Shown in pieces: positions 1 to 11,600 of a DNA stretch of 64,000 nucleotides. Position 1 is the stretch's first letter. Every line of letters begins with the position of its first letter. Source of the stretch: Octopus bimaculoides (Eukaryota); the NCBI RefSeq assembly GCF_001194135.2, contig NC_068982.1:67319854-67383853 (forward strand), given 5' to 3'. The notes beneath the pieces were generated by a model. It was not told where the DNA came from, searched no databases, and was given only the letters and a program-made list of their open reading frames with translations. The translations under genes and the position numbers were made by a program.

Positions 1-261
1 CATATTTTTGTATACAGTTTTAGTTTCTAGAAAAAGAAAACAGAAATTATTCTAAGATTTGATTAATTATAAAGAATGTTTAAAATAAAGAAAATCACTG
101 CTAAATTTTAGGAGGTTAGAATTATTCCAAAATTCTAACATCTGTTTTTACTGAAGAATTAAAGATATTGAATTATTAAAGCTATTATCTACCCAGGAAT
201 AATAAACTGCCAGAGAAAAGGATTTGAAGCTATAGACCAATGTATATGTGTCTAGACAACT

Positions 262-488
262 AATGGTACTCAAGCACAGCCATGACTTGGATACCACCTT
301 ATTTGTAGACATAAAAGGAGCAAACTGAAGGTCACTTAGCAGCAGACATTTCAATATAACCTGAAAACAGTCAACATTATGTGGAATGGATGTACTCATG
401 TCACAGGTGACTGGACCCAATGGAGGAAGCTTGCTATCCAATGTGCTGAGCAGTGCTGCAGGACCTAAATCTAAATTTAAATCTAAAT
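262..488 (+). mobile_element. Degenerate 3' end of an RTE/RTEX-type LINE
   Basis: Translates, with one frameshift and one stop, as AMTWIPP..RHKRSKLKVT*QQTFQYNLKTVNIMWNG..DWTQWRKLAIQCAEQCCRT* (stop 466-468). This resembles the RTE C-terminal W.P.G.RKRGRPK.TW...DR..WR motif. A short (TAAATC)n-like tail follows. Confidence 0.7.
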
Positions 489-556
489 ATTGGTTTGTTT
501 GTAAAACACTTTCACAAAGACATTGATAAGCCTTTCTGCTAAAGACATAAGGCTAA

Positions 557-746
557 AAATCTGGGGGGATTACATTGATCCTCAGTACTAAACTGATACT
601 TATTTCATTGACCTGAATGGATAAAGTGTATGAAATGGATGACAGGCAAAGTTGTTCTTGGTAGCATTTGAACTCAGAATGTAAGGCAGGAAGAAATGTT
701 GTTAAGCATTTCCAGCTTGCTAACAATTCTGCCAGCACACCACCTT
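557..746 (-). mobile_element. tRNA-derived SINE, family A (GGTGAGCTGGCAGAA head), diverged
   Basis: Reverse complement aligns by eye to the copy at 30205-30418. Confidence 0.75.
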
Positions 747-1551
747 AGACAAAGACATTAACAATGCAAAAGAAATATGGCAATTTTAAATGAAAATTGA
801 AATTGGTTTGCAGTCTTGGCTCATTAAGAACTTACTACCAGAAGATTAGAGAGATTTAACTGAAAATTAATGCCAATTATTTCTCTAGCATGGCTTTGTG
901 CCAATGCTAGAAATAATTATTTCTCTCTTCAGTAAACTACTGATATGGCAGGAGTAAAAATGATAAAAGGAAAGCCATAATCTCTCATATTCAAATGGCA
1001 GAACTGGAGATGTAAGAGCCACAAAAAATAATAACAGTTATAATAATAATAATGATGATAAAAAAAAAAAACTATCTTGATCCAATTGATGGAACTGTTT
1101 TAACTTATAGTTACAAAATTGAACTCAATATGTAAAATTTAAAAACGACTGCAAATTTGTTTGGAAACCAGTTTAACAGATTCATTTATATTAAGACAGT
1201 TTATATATATTTTGAATTAATTATGCAGTATTAAGCTATATCAAATAAAAAATTAAAAAATCACAAATTCAGTGTTAACAACAATCAGTCCTGTTCTAAG
1301 ACATGTTAGCTCAGTTTCTCAGTTTTAAATAAACTTATGTAATAATGTTCAAAGAAGAGAGAAGCAATTGTGCATTAATGAGCCTAATGAGCTTAGATAT
1401 CTTACAACAACAGAAATATAAATTAAACAAAACTATTGGTAATATAAAGGAGAAAGTAGACTGACAAACCAGGGAAAGAGATTTTGAATAATCATCTAAG
1501 TGCAACATCTGACTTAAAACAGTTTCTTTTTAGTTCTTATTCTTATGTTCG

Positions 1552-2329
1552 TTCTTTCTTGCCTTTAACCCTCCAACGCGGAGTATAGGCCACTTATAAT
1601 TGAATTCCATGTCGCATAATTTTTCGCTTCTGTACTTATATTCTGCCATGAATGTCCCCCTGTCTCTAGTTCCTTTTGTGTTGGTCTACGCCACGAGTTC
1701 ATAGGCCTACCCCTCTTTCTATATCCATCCGGATTCCACTGTAATGCACTTTTTGCTACATTTGGTGTGTCCTTTCTAATTGTGCTACCAATCCACTTCC
1801 ACTTTTTCTTAAATATTTGCTCCCTAATCGAAACTTGATTCGTTCTTTGCCATAACTCCATATTGCTTATGTGTTCGGGCCATCTAATTTTAAGTATACT
1901 ACACAAGCACCTGTTGATGAATGATTGTATTTGCTTATTTGACTTAACTGTTGTTCGCCATGTCTCAGCCCCATTAAATAACACCGCTTTTACGTTAGTG
2001 CTAAAAATTCTTATTTTGTTCTTTATTGAAATTACACTTGAGCCTCCATACTTTTTTTAACAGGTGGAAAGCAGTCCTTGCCTTATTTATTCTCATTTTA
2101 ATATCTTCATTGGTGCCGCCTGAGAACGTTATCTTACTACCTAAATACGTAAACTTGGCTACATCCTCTAGTTCACCAGTTTCTAATTTAATACGTTCAT
2201 TGTTTTCTTCATTAACGCACATAATTTTTGATTTGTCGCGGTTGACTTTCAATCCTAGTTTGGCAGCTATTGCTTCTAATTTTGACGTTTTATTTTGCAT
2301 TTGGCTATATGTTTGTGAAAGTAGCGCTA
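1552..2329 (-). mobile_element. 5'-truncated RTE-clade LINE (RT C-terminal half) with 14-bp TSD
   Basis: ORFs 2300-2001 and 1984-1565 join across one frameshift near 2043: IALLS..GLKVNRDKSK..FTYLGS..RINKARTAF..GAETW..KWKWIG..WNPDGYRKRGRP. Direct repeat TATTCTTATGTTCG at 1538-1551 and 2330-2343. Confidence 0.93.
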
Positions 2330-2351
2330 TATTCTTATGTTCGCATGCACC

Positions 2352-2665
2352 ATAATAAAGGATAAAGGGTAATGACCCCTTTGGTCATGAATGACCATGG
2401 GATTGCACCTACAAAGTTCCCCTCCAAGGCACAAGTCCAAGCAAGGTTGTTTATGGAAGACCAACAGTTGCCCATGCATACCAGCTTCCCCTCTCCATAC
2501 TACCAATGTTGTCCAACGGAAAGGCAAAGGCTGATACAGGTTGGCATCAGTGATGTCGCAACATATTTCTACAGCTGAGTGAATGGGAGTAACATGCAAT
2601 TAAGTGTCTTGCTCAAAAACACAGCACACAACCCAGTCACAATCAAACTCACTACCTCAATGAGC
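2352..2665 (-). mobile_element. tRNA-derived SINE, family C
   Basis: Reverse-complement homolog of 5954-6292. Confidence 0.75.
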
Positions 2666-2853
2666 CATGTGTCATAATAAAGACTCAATAATTATGCTTA
2701 TAGTGTTGATCTTACAAAGATTCTGAAGAAAACATTTATAGAAATAATCATAGAATTGACCTGTAACTCTGGATGTCTTAACACTTTTGATAATAACCTG
2801 TCTAAGACTATCACTGGTCTGTAATATAGACTTCTTGTTTTAAAGTGATCTAA

Positions 2854-3073
2854 CCTTTCAGCATTTAAACCAACCATATCTGGCCCATATTTTCTACTTG
2901 ATCTATGTTCAAACCAACCGGCTCTGGCCTTTCACACCTACTCTATAATCTCATTCTAAAAATAAACAATCACATCATCAAAACTGCAAAGTTACAGGAT
3001 AATGCATGATTAATTCAAAACAATGTGAATAAATAAACACTACAGTTAACAGAGTAATCTGAATGCTAAAGTC
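2854..3073. mobile_element. piggyBac-type MITE, diverged
   Basis: Ends resemble (T)TAA-CCTTTCAGCATT ... AATGCTAAAGTC-TTAA; body homologous to 19158-19382. Confidence 0.7.
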
Positions 3074-3285
3074 TTAAATAAAGATCTTTCATCAATATTT
3101 CATGTCTTTTATCCATTTTAGCTACGTGGCTATGGTCATTTTAGAGTATCATTCTGCTAATTTATTTTCCAAATGTCACTGATTAAATTCTTATATTCTA
3201 ACATGCAGACACTGAATTTATTTGTATTATGTCATATGAAATGTAGAGAATTCCAGAAAGTACCTCAGTATCAAAAATGAGTTAA

Positions 3286-3447
3286 CCCGGTTCCCATATC
3301 TGAAATGCACATGCATAGAACAAAGTTAATAATGACAAAATTGTTACTGAATTATTCATTATTTTCAAAATTGATTGAAACAAGGGTAGCATTACCATAT
3401 TTCAACAGAAATATGACAAACAAAACAGTTAAATTATGTCTGAAGGG
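3286..3447. mobile_element. Second TTAA-flanked piggyBac-type MITE
   Basis: TTAA-CCC ... AAGGG-TTAA ends (TTAA at 3282-3285 and 3448-3451). Confidence 0.55.
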
Positions 3448-4179
3448 TTAAGCCTATTGAGCTTCCTTTAAACATTTGATCAGTTGCTTCTAACTATAGT
3501 CTAATCAAACAGAGCCAATCAAAGCTCTTCAGTGTCAAATATCAATCAAGTTGATTTAGTAACTTACAACTCTGACTAGAAATAACTCTCCCAGTTAGTA
3601 GGTTAGGTATTAGATTCTAAAATATAGGATTTCCTACTTTATACTATATTGTTCTACACCAAATTACTCAGAGTTTAAATCTTGTTATGATTAACTCTGC
3701 TACTCATTCCAAGGATCAATAAAGTAAATACTTGTAATATATTGTGATAGGCCAAACTTTTATTCTCTATTATCTTCAACAAGTGATTTTGTGTCCTATC
3801 AAGTAAGACAATTAGTAAGAAATATTTTCTCTTTATTTCTTCAAAATTGATTCCACATGACAGTGAGTTATTGTAAATAAATCCAAAGATTGCGATAGTT
3901 TCTCATGAAACACTATTGTGAAATGGATAAGAAGGTAAAATTCTGACTCAAAGATCATAATTCTAAGTCTGGTTTTGGGAGCAAATTTGTGTCTTTATAA
4001 AAAGCACTTAGCTTCATATGTCAGGCAATAGATTATTTAAAACAACCAAGCAATAAACTATTGCTTACTCTATTCCAGATCAAATCAGCAAGAATAAAAC
4101 AGATATTGCCATCTGAGCATCATAAAATCCTCCAAATAACTTATACCACAGCAGGTGCTTCTCAAAGCAGCAAGACATA

Positions 4180-4520
4180 TCCTCTTACTTGTTTCAGTTA
4201 CTGGACTGTTGCCATACAGGGGTACCACCTTGAAGTACTTAATAGAACAAATCAACTCTGGTACCTTTCTTTTTTGAAATGTCTGGTACATATTCTATCA
4301 GTCTCTTTTGCTGAATACTAAGTAACAGGAATATAAACAAACCAACACTGGTTGTCAAACAGTGGGAAGAAAAACACATGCACATATACAATGGGCTTTC
4401 ATTCAGTTTCCATCTATCAAATTCACTCAGAAGATATTAGTCTGCCCAGGGCTATAGTGGAAGACACTTACCCAAGGTGCTGCAAAGGGATACTGAACCC
4501 AAAATCACATGGTTAAGAAG
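4180..4520 (-). mobile_element. tRNA-derived SINE, family B, diverged
   Basis: Matches 56477-56897 in order (cttacttgtttcagt.., tattctatcagtctcttttgc.., ctatagtggaagacactt). The ORFs at 4061-4321 and 4085-4291 are by-products. Confidence 0.75.
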
Positions 4521-4859
4521 CATGAGAAACTCATCAGTTGATCAAAAATCCAAAAAGGTGAAAAGTGACAGTAATGCCAAGTTGTTTAGCTTAATGACCA
4601 AAACCATTATTCAAGCCTTTTGAGAATCATTTTGTAGAAGATTCCATGTGTGGACAAAACACATTTATCATCTCAAAAATGAATCAAGAAACTGCAAAAA
4701 GAATTTGAGTCAAATGTGGGGAAAGTAAAACTGGTGAAAATGTTAGTGTAAGGTGCAACCCAAACCCAATTATTTCCAATAAACAATAAAATTTGATAAG
4801 TTGGAACAGTGACAAAACATTTTATATGTTCACAAACAATATTGTAAAGACTAAGGTCA

Positions 4860-5190
4860 TTATCATCATCATCATTTTAACATCCTTTTTTCCATGCTTG
4901 CATGAGTTGGATGGAGTTTATTCATGCTGAGTCTCTATGGCTGAATGTTCTTCCTGTCACCAATTTTTACCTCTTTCATAGCAATTTTTACCTCTTTCAT
5001 TGCGATAGTTTCTCATGAAACACTATTGTGAAATGGATAAGAAGGTAAAATTCTGACTCAAAGATCATAATTCTAAGTCTGGTTTTGGGAGCAAATTACC
5101 CATGGCCAAACATGTTTACACGGAATGTTGAAAATGAATGAGATTCATTTATAGTAATCACACAATGGCCAAAACAAGGAGACACAAACA
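4860..5190 (-). mobile_element. RTE-type 3' end / tail element with (GAT)n tail, interrupted by a templated insertion
   Basis: Begins catcatcatcattttaacatcc..ccatgcttgcatg like 10966 and 25180; resumes at cccatggccaaacatgttt after the insert at 4999-5097. Confidence 0.65.
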
Positions 5191-5213
5191 TACATACACT
5201 CACACACATATAC

Positions 5214-5252
<39 letters not shown>

Positions 5253-5953
5253 CAGGCTTCTTTCAATTTCCATTTACCAAATCCACTCTCAAGACTTTGT
5301 TCCGGTCAAAGCAATAGTACAAAACACTCAAGGTGCCACAGTGGAACTGAACCCAAAACCATAGGCTGTGAAGCAAGCTTCTTAATCATACAGCCACAGT
5401 ACCATAAAACCAATACTTTTGGATGAAATGCCTTGTAACATTTGCTCCCCCTGTGATATACAGACTATTTCATGTCAATTTTGATTTGGTAAAAGTAGAG
5501 ACATTGTAAGCAGTGATTGTCTCGTTGGAAACCTGTAACCAGTAATGCTATTGTTAAATTCAGTCATAAATAAAAATAAAGATGGGAATGGATACAGATG
5601 ACCGGTAGCACTTAATGAGGAATTAAGTAAATATCAACCTGAGAGGCAAGTTGAGTGCAAATGAAACAGTGTTTGTCTATGAAAGCCATCAATTAGTGTA
5701 TTCAGCTAAAGAATGATTACATTGTGAAGTGGATGAATACAAATTTGAGATATATGAAGAGATCAAAAGTGAAGTGAATTGGTAACAGAAAGTACAGGAA
5801 GTATAAGTAGATTTATGAAGTGATAGTTAGAGTGGAGTATAGGCCTTTCAAAAGTAAACTTCCTAAATAACATTCTACAGAATGCAGACATAATAAAATA
5901 GAGCGGACTGCAGATATTTCCAATCTATGATTGCATAAAAAAAGAGTTAATTT

Positions 5954-6292
5954 GAGGGTTGGCTCAGTGGTTAGAGCAGCTCACAATCATGAGATAGTGA
6001 GTTCAATTCCTGGACCGGCTGTGTGTTATGTTCTTGAGCAAGACACTTTATTTCACATTGCTCCAGTTCACTCAGCTATAGAAATGAGTTGCAATATCAT
6101 TGGTACTGAGCTGTATCGGCCTTTGACTTTCTCTTCAATAGCATTGATGGCATAGAGAGGGGAGGCTGGTATGCATGGTCAACTGCAAGTCTTCCATAAA
6201 GAACCTTGTCCAGACTTGTGTCTCAGAGAGTAATTTTCCAGATGCATCTCATGGTCATTCATGAGTGAAGGGGTCTTTACACTTTACCCTTT
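5954..6292 (+). mobile_element. tRNA-derived SINE, family C, near full length
   Basis: A-box-like TGGCTCAGTGGTTAGAGC, B-box-like GAGTTCAATTCC, then GTTCTTGAGCAAGACACTT; homologs at 2352-2665 and 22880-23120. Confidence 0.8.
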
Positions 6293-7734
6293 ATTTATTA
6301 TGATAATAATATGGTGTTTGATGTGGTGTGCAAGGAGTAGTACCTTTGCAAACCTGTCAACCACACATCTTCAGATGTAGAGAGTAGCACTGGTCTCTCC
6401 ATTTACGACGCCAGTTTACACAAAATTCTAAAAGAAAAATTATGTAATATTTGCAGTTTGAGGCATTGGAGAGGCACTTCCTCAGACTTGCATCAAAATC
6501 ATGCTATTACATTGTGCGTCTATCAGGCCTTGTTGTTAGGAAATTACCAGGAGGAACAATCTTATTGATAATAGCATGAAATTGTGATGATGTTTGGCTG
6601 ATAACAGTTGAAAAATGAGCATGTCCACAGCTTGTGAATGTTTTTGCACCCATAGAAAATTCTTGATATTCACCCCACTCAGAGTGGATAACAATGATAA
6701 TGATGATGTTTTACAATACAGTTTTTAAACTTTTCTCACAGTTCCTGTATTGGTAAGTAATTATTTTTATTTCTTAATTAGTCATCTCTTCAGCAGTATT
6801 TCCAGTAAGCTGTAAAAGGGAACTTAGTATTTCAATGGTTGCCTTTTCTTTTTACTATTTTGTATACCATTAAATAGCTGTCAATCCATCAAGTATCCAA
6901 TCAATTTCATAAAACAAACACTATTTTTAGACATATTTGTGAGATTTGAAAGAATAATTATCAAGTGAGATCTAATAAAGCTTAACTGAGGCAAGGTATT
7001 GAAATGGTTATACAGAAACGTAATTACAACATCTCTAACAATTGTAATGTTAGCTGATTCAAGTAGCAGCACACTAAGCCACCATATATATATATATATA
7101 NNNNNNNNNNNNNNNNNNNNNNNNNNNNNNNNNNNNNNNNNNNNNNNNNNNNNNNNNNNNNNNNNNNNNNNNNNNNNNNNNNNNNNNNNNNNNNNNNNNN
7201 AAATAAGTAAATATATTGCAAAATAAAAACAAAAAAGAGCAATCTCAAGACATGATTGAATCCATCATTTTGAATAAGAACACCAGTTGATTTATTTTGT
7301 TTGTTGTTCGTTTGTTAGTTACCTTATTCAAAAAAATTCAATTTTAAGCTTTCTAAATCTAAAAAGAAAATCAATTGATATAGCTAGTTTTGGGGAGAGA
7401 AGTTCTAGCAGGAATATTTTTCTTCCAAAGAAAAATAGAAAAATAACAATATTAATGGTAATAACAACCAAGTAAGACAGAAATGGAAACATTATTGCAA
7501 TAATGATGAAACTAATGGAAATGTTAATGTGCAGGTCTGTGAACACAACCAAAGTATATTCCAATATATGCTTTATATAAATATTATAGATAAGAGGTAT
7601 GTAGAGTACTTGGTGATATAGGAAAATAAGTTTGTATGAAAATAGAATGAGATGACAATAATATTAATATTTCTCAAATAATAATAATATGATGATGATG
7701 ATGATGATGACAAATATTCTCGAAATGATAATAC

Positions 7735-8100
7735 TGGTTTCAAATTTTGGCACAAGGCCAGCAGTTTTTAAAGGGTTGGGTAAGTTGATTACATTGACTC
7801 CAGTACTTGATTGGTACTTCTTTATCAATCCCAAAAGGATGAAAGGCAAAGTTGACCTCAGAGGAATTTGAGCTCAGAATGTATAGATGAACAAAATGTC
7901 ACTAAGCATCTTGTTCAGCATGCTAACATTTCTGCCAGCTTGTCACCTTTGTCATAATAATTCTTTCTAAAATATGCACAAGGCCTGAAATTTTGGGGAG
8001 TCAATTACACCACCTCCGGTGTTCAACGAGTACTTATTTTATCAATCCTAAAGATGAAAGGCAAAGTCAACCATGGCAGAATTTGAACTCATAAATATCA
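7735..8100 (-). mobile_element. Two adjacent family A SINE copies
   Basis: Both contain gatgaaaggcaaagt..gaatttga(g/a)ctca, the reverse complement of the family A core. Confidence 0.75.
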
Positions 8101-8353
8101 GTTGAGCATTGAGTCACTCTAATCGACTTATCCACTGCTCCAAAATAGGCAGATTTGTGTCAGAATTTGAAATCAATATTACTTAAATTAGAAACTATTA
8201 TTTAAGGACAAAAATTCATAGCAGAGTTAATTGACTGAGTCTTATTTCCCTGATCTCAGGAAGTCGAAGAGATTAAATAGGCCTTAGCAGAATTTGAACT
8301 CAAGATGTGGGAGAAACATACTTAAATATTGCTTGAGTATTTCATCTGAATCT

Positions 8354-8354
<1 letters not shown>

Positions 8355-8433
<79 letters not shown>

Positions 8434-8830
8434 ATTGCTGCTTCTACTGCTGCCGCTGCTGCCACCACCACCACCACCACCACTACTACTGTTTCTGTTT
8501 TTTATTGTAGTGATAGTGATGATGCCAAGGAGAAGGAGGAGAGGTAATATACTGACAATTGTGAAAGACAATGGTGAGGATTTTGATGATGATAGTGAAG
8601 ATGATATGGTGGTAGTGGTAGTGGTGGTGGTGGTGGCTAGGAGAGGATATTGAAGACAGTGAGTATGAGAAAGAAGAAGGGGAGATGGTGATGATGATGA
8701 TGATAATGATGATGATTAGAAGGAGGGGGCAGGGAGGAAGAAGAGAAGTGGAGTGGTGCAGGGAGGTAGGAGAGGCAACGGAAAAGGATGAGGACACTGC
8801 TGATGATGAGAAGGAGAAAGAGGTGGAGGC
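8355..8830. repeat. Compound trinucleotide low-complexity tract (TAC)n-(TGC)n-(CAC)n-(GAT)n-(GGT)n
   Basis: Seen directly; explains the poly-S/L/H ORFs at 8284-8959. Confidence 0.95.
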
Positions 8831-9384
8831 CCAATGCTGACAAGACAACTGGCAAAAACCATAATAACTATAAAAATAATTTATGATGGAAAAAAACATT
8901 TTGAAATATAAAGAAAAATCCAAGAAACCAGATACAGGAAAAGTTGTGCTAAAAGACATGCTGTGTTTAACTTGATACTTTTAAAGTGTTTTATCTTTCT
9001 TGCTGAGAAGTTAATGTATTTTTAGGATCATCAGACTTGTACTAAGCTAAGTAAAAAAGGTAAAGAATTTAGGATATGAAATAGAGAAAGAGTGGAGAGA
9101 ACAATATGTAAAGTTACATGGATAATAAAAGTTGGAATGAGCTGCAGGGTGAGAAGGAAATAAGATGAGGCTTAGAATTGACAACTGGTATGTAAAATAA
9201 TACGAGAATTTAGCAAATATGGAATTATAGAAATAAAATAAATTTGGTAGATTCTTTTTCAAATAAAATCAAAGAAAACTGCATTGTGGAAATAGAATTT
9301 CATTCCTGTATGAAACAGGTGTTTGAATATTTTTTATGAATAATTGAGTGTATACATTTTGTTGTAGAATAAGTAAATATATTG

Positions 9385-9585
9385 GTTGTTGTTGTTGTTT
9401 TAGCTTCAGATTAGCTCTAGCCTAGCAGATTTATGAGTAAAAGTGTTCCAGATGTGACCATCCTATCCTATTTTAGCTTCTGGGTGCAATGTATCTAGGT
9501 CAACATTATCCAGTGTATATTTCCTATTTTTTTAAAAGATAGATTTGAAATTGTGTCTTAGTTGTTCAGCTGCTATTTCTAGCTG
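9385..9585 (-). mobile_element. Diverged short retroposon with (AAC)n tail (family E); homologs near 11840-12000 (+) and 62125-62325 (-)
   Basis: Starts with gttgttgtt, shares gtgaccatcc and gatttgagggagattt.gct.ctatttctagc-like blocks with the other copies. Confidence 0.5.
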
Positions 9586-10394
9586 CTCCTTGAGCAGCTA
9601 GAAATGGCAACCGAATCTTTCTCAAATCAGGGCATGATTTGAGGGAGATTTAGCTACTATTTCTAGCTATTTGAGTATGAACAACAAAGGAATTATTATG
9701 ATACTTGCTAGCTTTATTAAATTCCACCTTATAGGATGAAATGTGGTATACTCTTTTACATATGTAACTAGATTTCTAAATATAAATAACTAGATTTCTA
9801 AATATAAAGACAGAATGATTGGAGTTGTAGTTAAGTTTTTCATTTAGTTTTCTATAAGCTTGATATCCACTTGTTAGAAAGTCAATGTTAACTGTGTATA
9901 GTTGAGAAGTATCACATTTCAACAAAAATGATAGTCAATCAGAATTCAATATTAAAAATAATGTCAAAATGCTGCCACAGGTACAAGTTTTATTTAATAA
10001 GTTATAAGGAATAAATGAATGAAAGTATCAAAAGTAGAGAAAGTCGAGACCCAACTGAAAGTTCAAAACCAAACTGAAGTTTGCAGTGATCTATCCCTAG
10101 AGAAGTTTTTAGTTCAAGATACATTTCAGTCAATCACCATTTGATGATTGCCATCCAGTATGAAACTTAAAGTAATGGCAAAGAAGTATCTCCAATGTGT
10201 ATACATATATAATGTGTATACAAATATACAAATATGGAAGTGTACTAGAGATTTATGTGATAGAAGCACGGAGCTTTGCTTAGAATGCCAGCACATTACC
10301 AATGATGACGTGTATGAGCTGTTCATGAAAGCATTGGCTTTCATGGAAACAGGAAATGACTTGAATCCAGATGACTTATCCAACCTATGCCATT

Positions 10395-10424
<30 letters not shown>

Positions 10425-10430
<6 letters not shown>

Positions 10431-10654
10431 AGTTTCCCAGTTTCCCGGTTTCTATGGCGTATGTGTTCCCCCCAGCTGGACGGGATGCCAGTCCATCGCA
10501 GCGTTACTCAAGAAACAGGAACAAAGAAGAGTGAGAGAAAGCTGGGGTGAAAGGGTACAACAGGGGTCACCACCACCCCCTGCCGGAGCCTCGTGGAGCT
10601 TAGGTGTTTTTGCTCAATAAACACTCACAACGCCTGGTTTGGGAATCGAAACCA
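10425..10654 (-). mobile_element. tRNA-derived SINE, family D, 5' part running into a gap
   Basis: Part of it is the reverse complement of 47750-47885 (gtgagtgtttattgagc.aaaacacctaa.gctccac.aggctc). Confidence 0.85.
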
Positions 10655-10965
10655 NNNNNNNNNNNNNNNNNNNNNNNNNNNNNNNNNNNNNNNNNNNNNN
10701 NNNNNNNNNNNNNNNNNNNNNNNNNNNNNNNNNNNNNNNNNNNNNNNNNNNNNNNNNNNNNNNNNNNNNNNNNNNNNNNNNNNNNNNNNNNNNNNNNNNN
10801 NNNNNNNNNNNNNNNNNNNNNNNNNNNNNNNNNNNNNNNNNNNNNNNNNNNNNNNNNNNNNNNNNNNNNNNNNNNNNNNNNNNNNNNNNNNNNNNNNNNN
10901 NNNNNNNNNNNNNNNNNNNNNNNNNNNNNNNNNNNNNNNNNNNNNNNNNNNNNNNNNNNNNNNAT

Positions 10966-11130
10966 ATATATCATCATCGTCATCATCATCATCGTTTAAC
11001 GTCCGCTTTCCATGCTAGCATGGGTTGGACGATTTGACTGAGGACTGGTGAAACCGGATGGCAACACCAGGCTCCAATCTAATTTGGCAGAGTTTCTACA
11101 GCTGGATGCCCTTCCTAACGCCAACCACTC
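10966..11130 (-). mobile_element. 3' end of the abundant RTE-type element with (GAT)n tail
   Basis: catcatcatcgtttaacgtccgctttccatgctagcatgggttg, nearly identical to 25205-25360. Confidence 0.85.
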
Positions 11131-11231
11131 ATATATATATATTTGTATGTATATATATATATATATGTATGTATGCATGTATGCATGTATGTATGTATGT
11201 ATGTATGCATGCAATATATATATGTATATTT

Positions 11232-11600
11232 TTTATTTATATTAAGGGTATTACTATACATAAATGCCTCATGCTACGAGGGACTCTTAGAGTCAAAACT
11301 ACCATAATAAACACATTTTACCGAACACGAGGAAATGCAACTCTCAAAGTGAGCATCTTAAAAACAAGATGCTCGCTTCGAGAGTTGCATTCCCTCGCCT
11401 TCGGTAAAATGTGTTTATTATGGTAGTTTTGACTTTAAGAGTCCCTCGTAGCCTGAGGCATTTATGTATAGTAATACCCTTAATATAAATAAATATATTT
11501 AAAGGGAATAATTTATAATTTTTTCCCTAATGAGGTTTTTCAAGCTGACTACTTGATAAATTCTTATAAAGATTTTATCCTATTTTTAACAAAACATGGA
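11232..11600. mobile_element. Unclassified fold-back element: 128-bp inverted arms, 6-nt loop and a conserved ~100-bp tail
   Basis: Arms 11232-11359 and 11366-11493 differ at 7 positions; a homolog of the right arm plus tail is at 27848-28040. Confidence 0.85.

Noticed and set aside
148-441. Apparent minus-strand exon (GPAALLSTLDSKLPPLGPVTCDMSTSIPHNVDCFQ)
   Set aside because: It is the antisense of an RTE-type LINE C-terminus on the + strand.
4061-4321. ORF with KYFKVVPLYG, reminiscent of CYFIP
   Set aside because: It lies inside a diverged family B SINE.
6742-6752. Possible 11-nt + strand microexon (cacag|TTCCTGTATTG|gtaagt)
   Set aside because: GTAAGT occurs often by chance in AT-rich DNA, the length is not a multiple of 3, and no partner exons were found.
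8284-8959. Poly-Ser/Leu/His ORFs
   Set aside because: Translations of trinucleotide repeats.
10148-10400. Protein-like stretch STELCLECQHITNDDVYELFMKALAFMETGNDLNPDDLSNLCHL
   Set aside because: No convincing splice sites or recognisable family, and it runs into (TA)n; a BLAST search would be needed.
11039-11065. CTGAGGA..GAAA in the RTE 3' UTR
   Set aside because: No stem II, stem I or UH site, so not a hammerhead.
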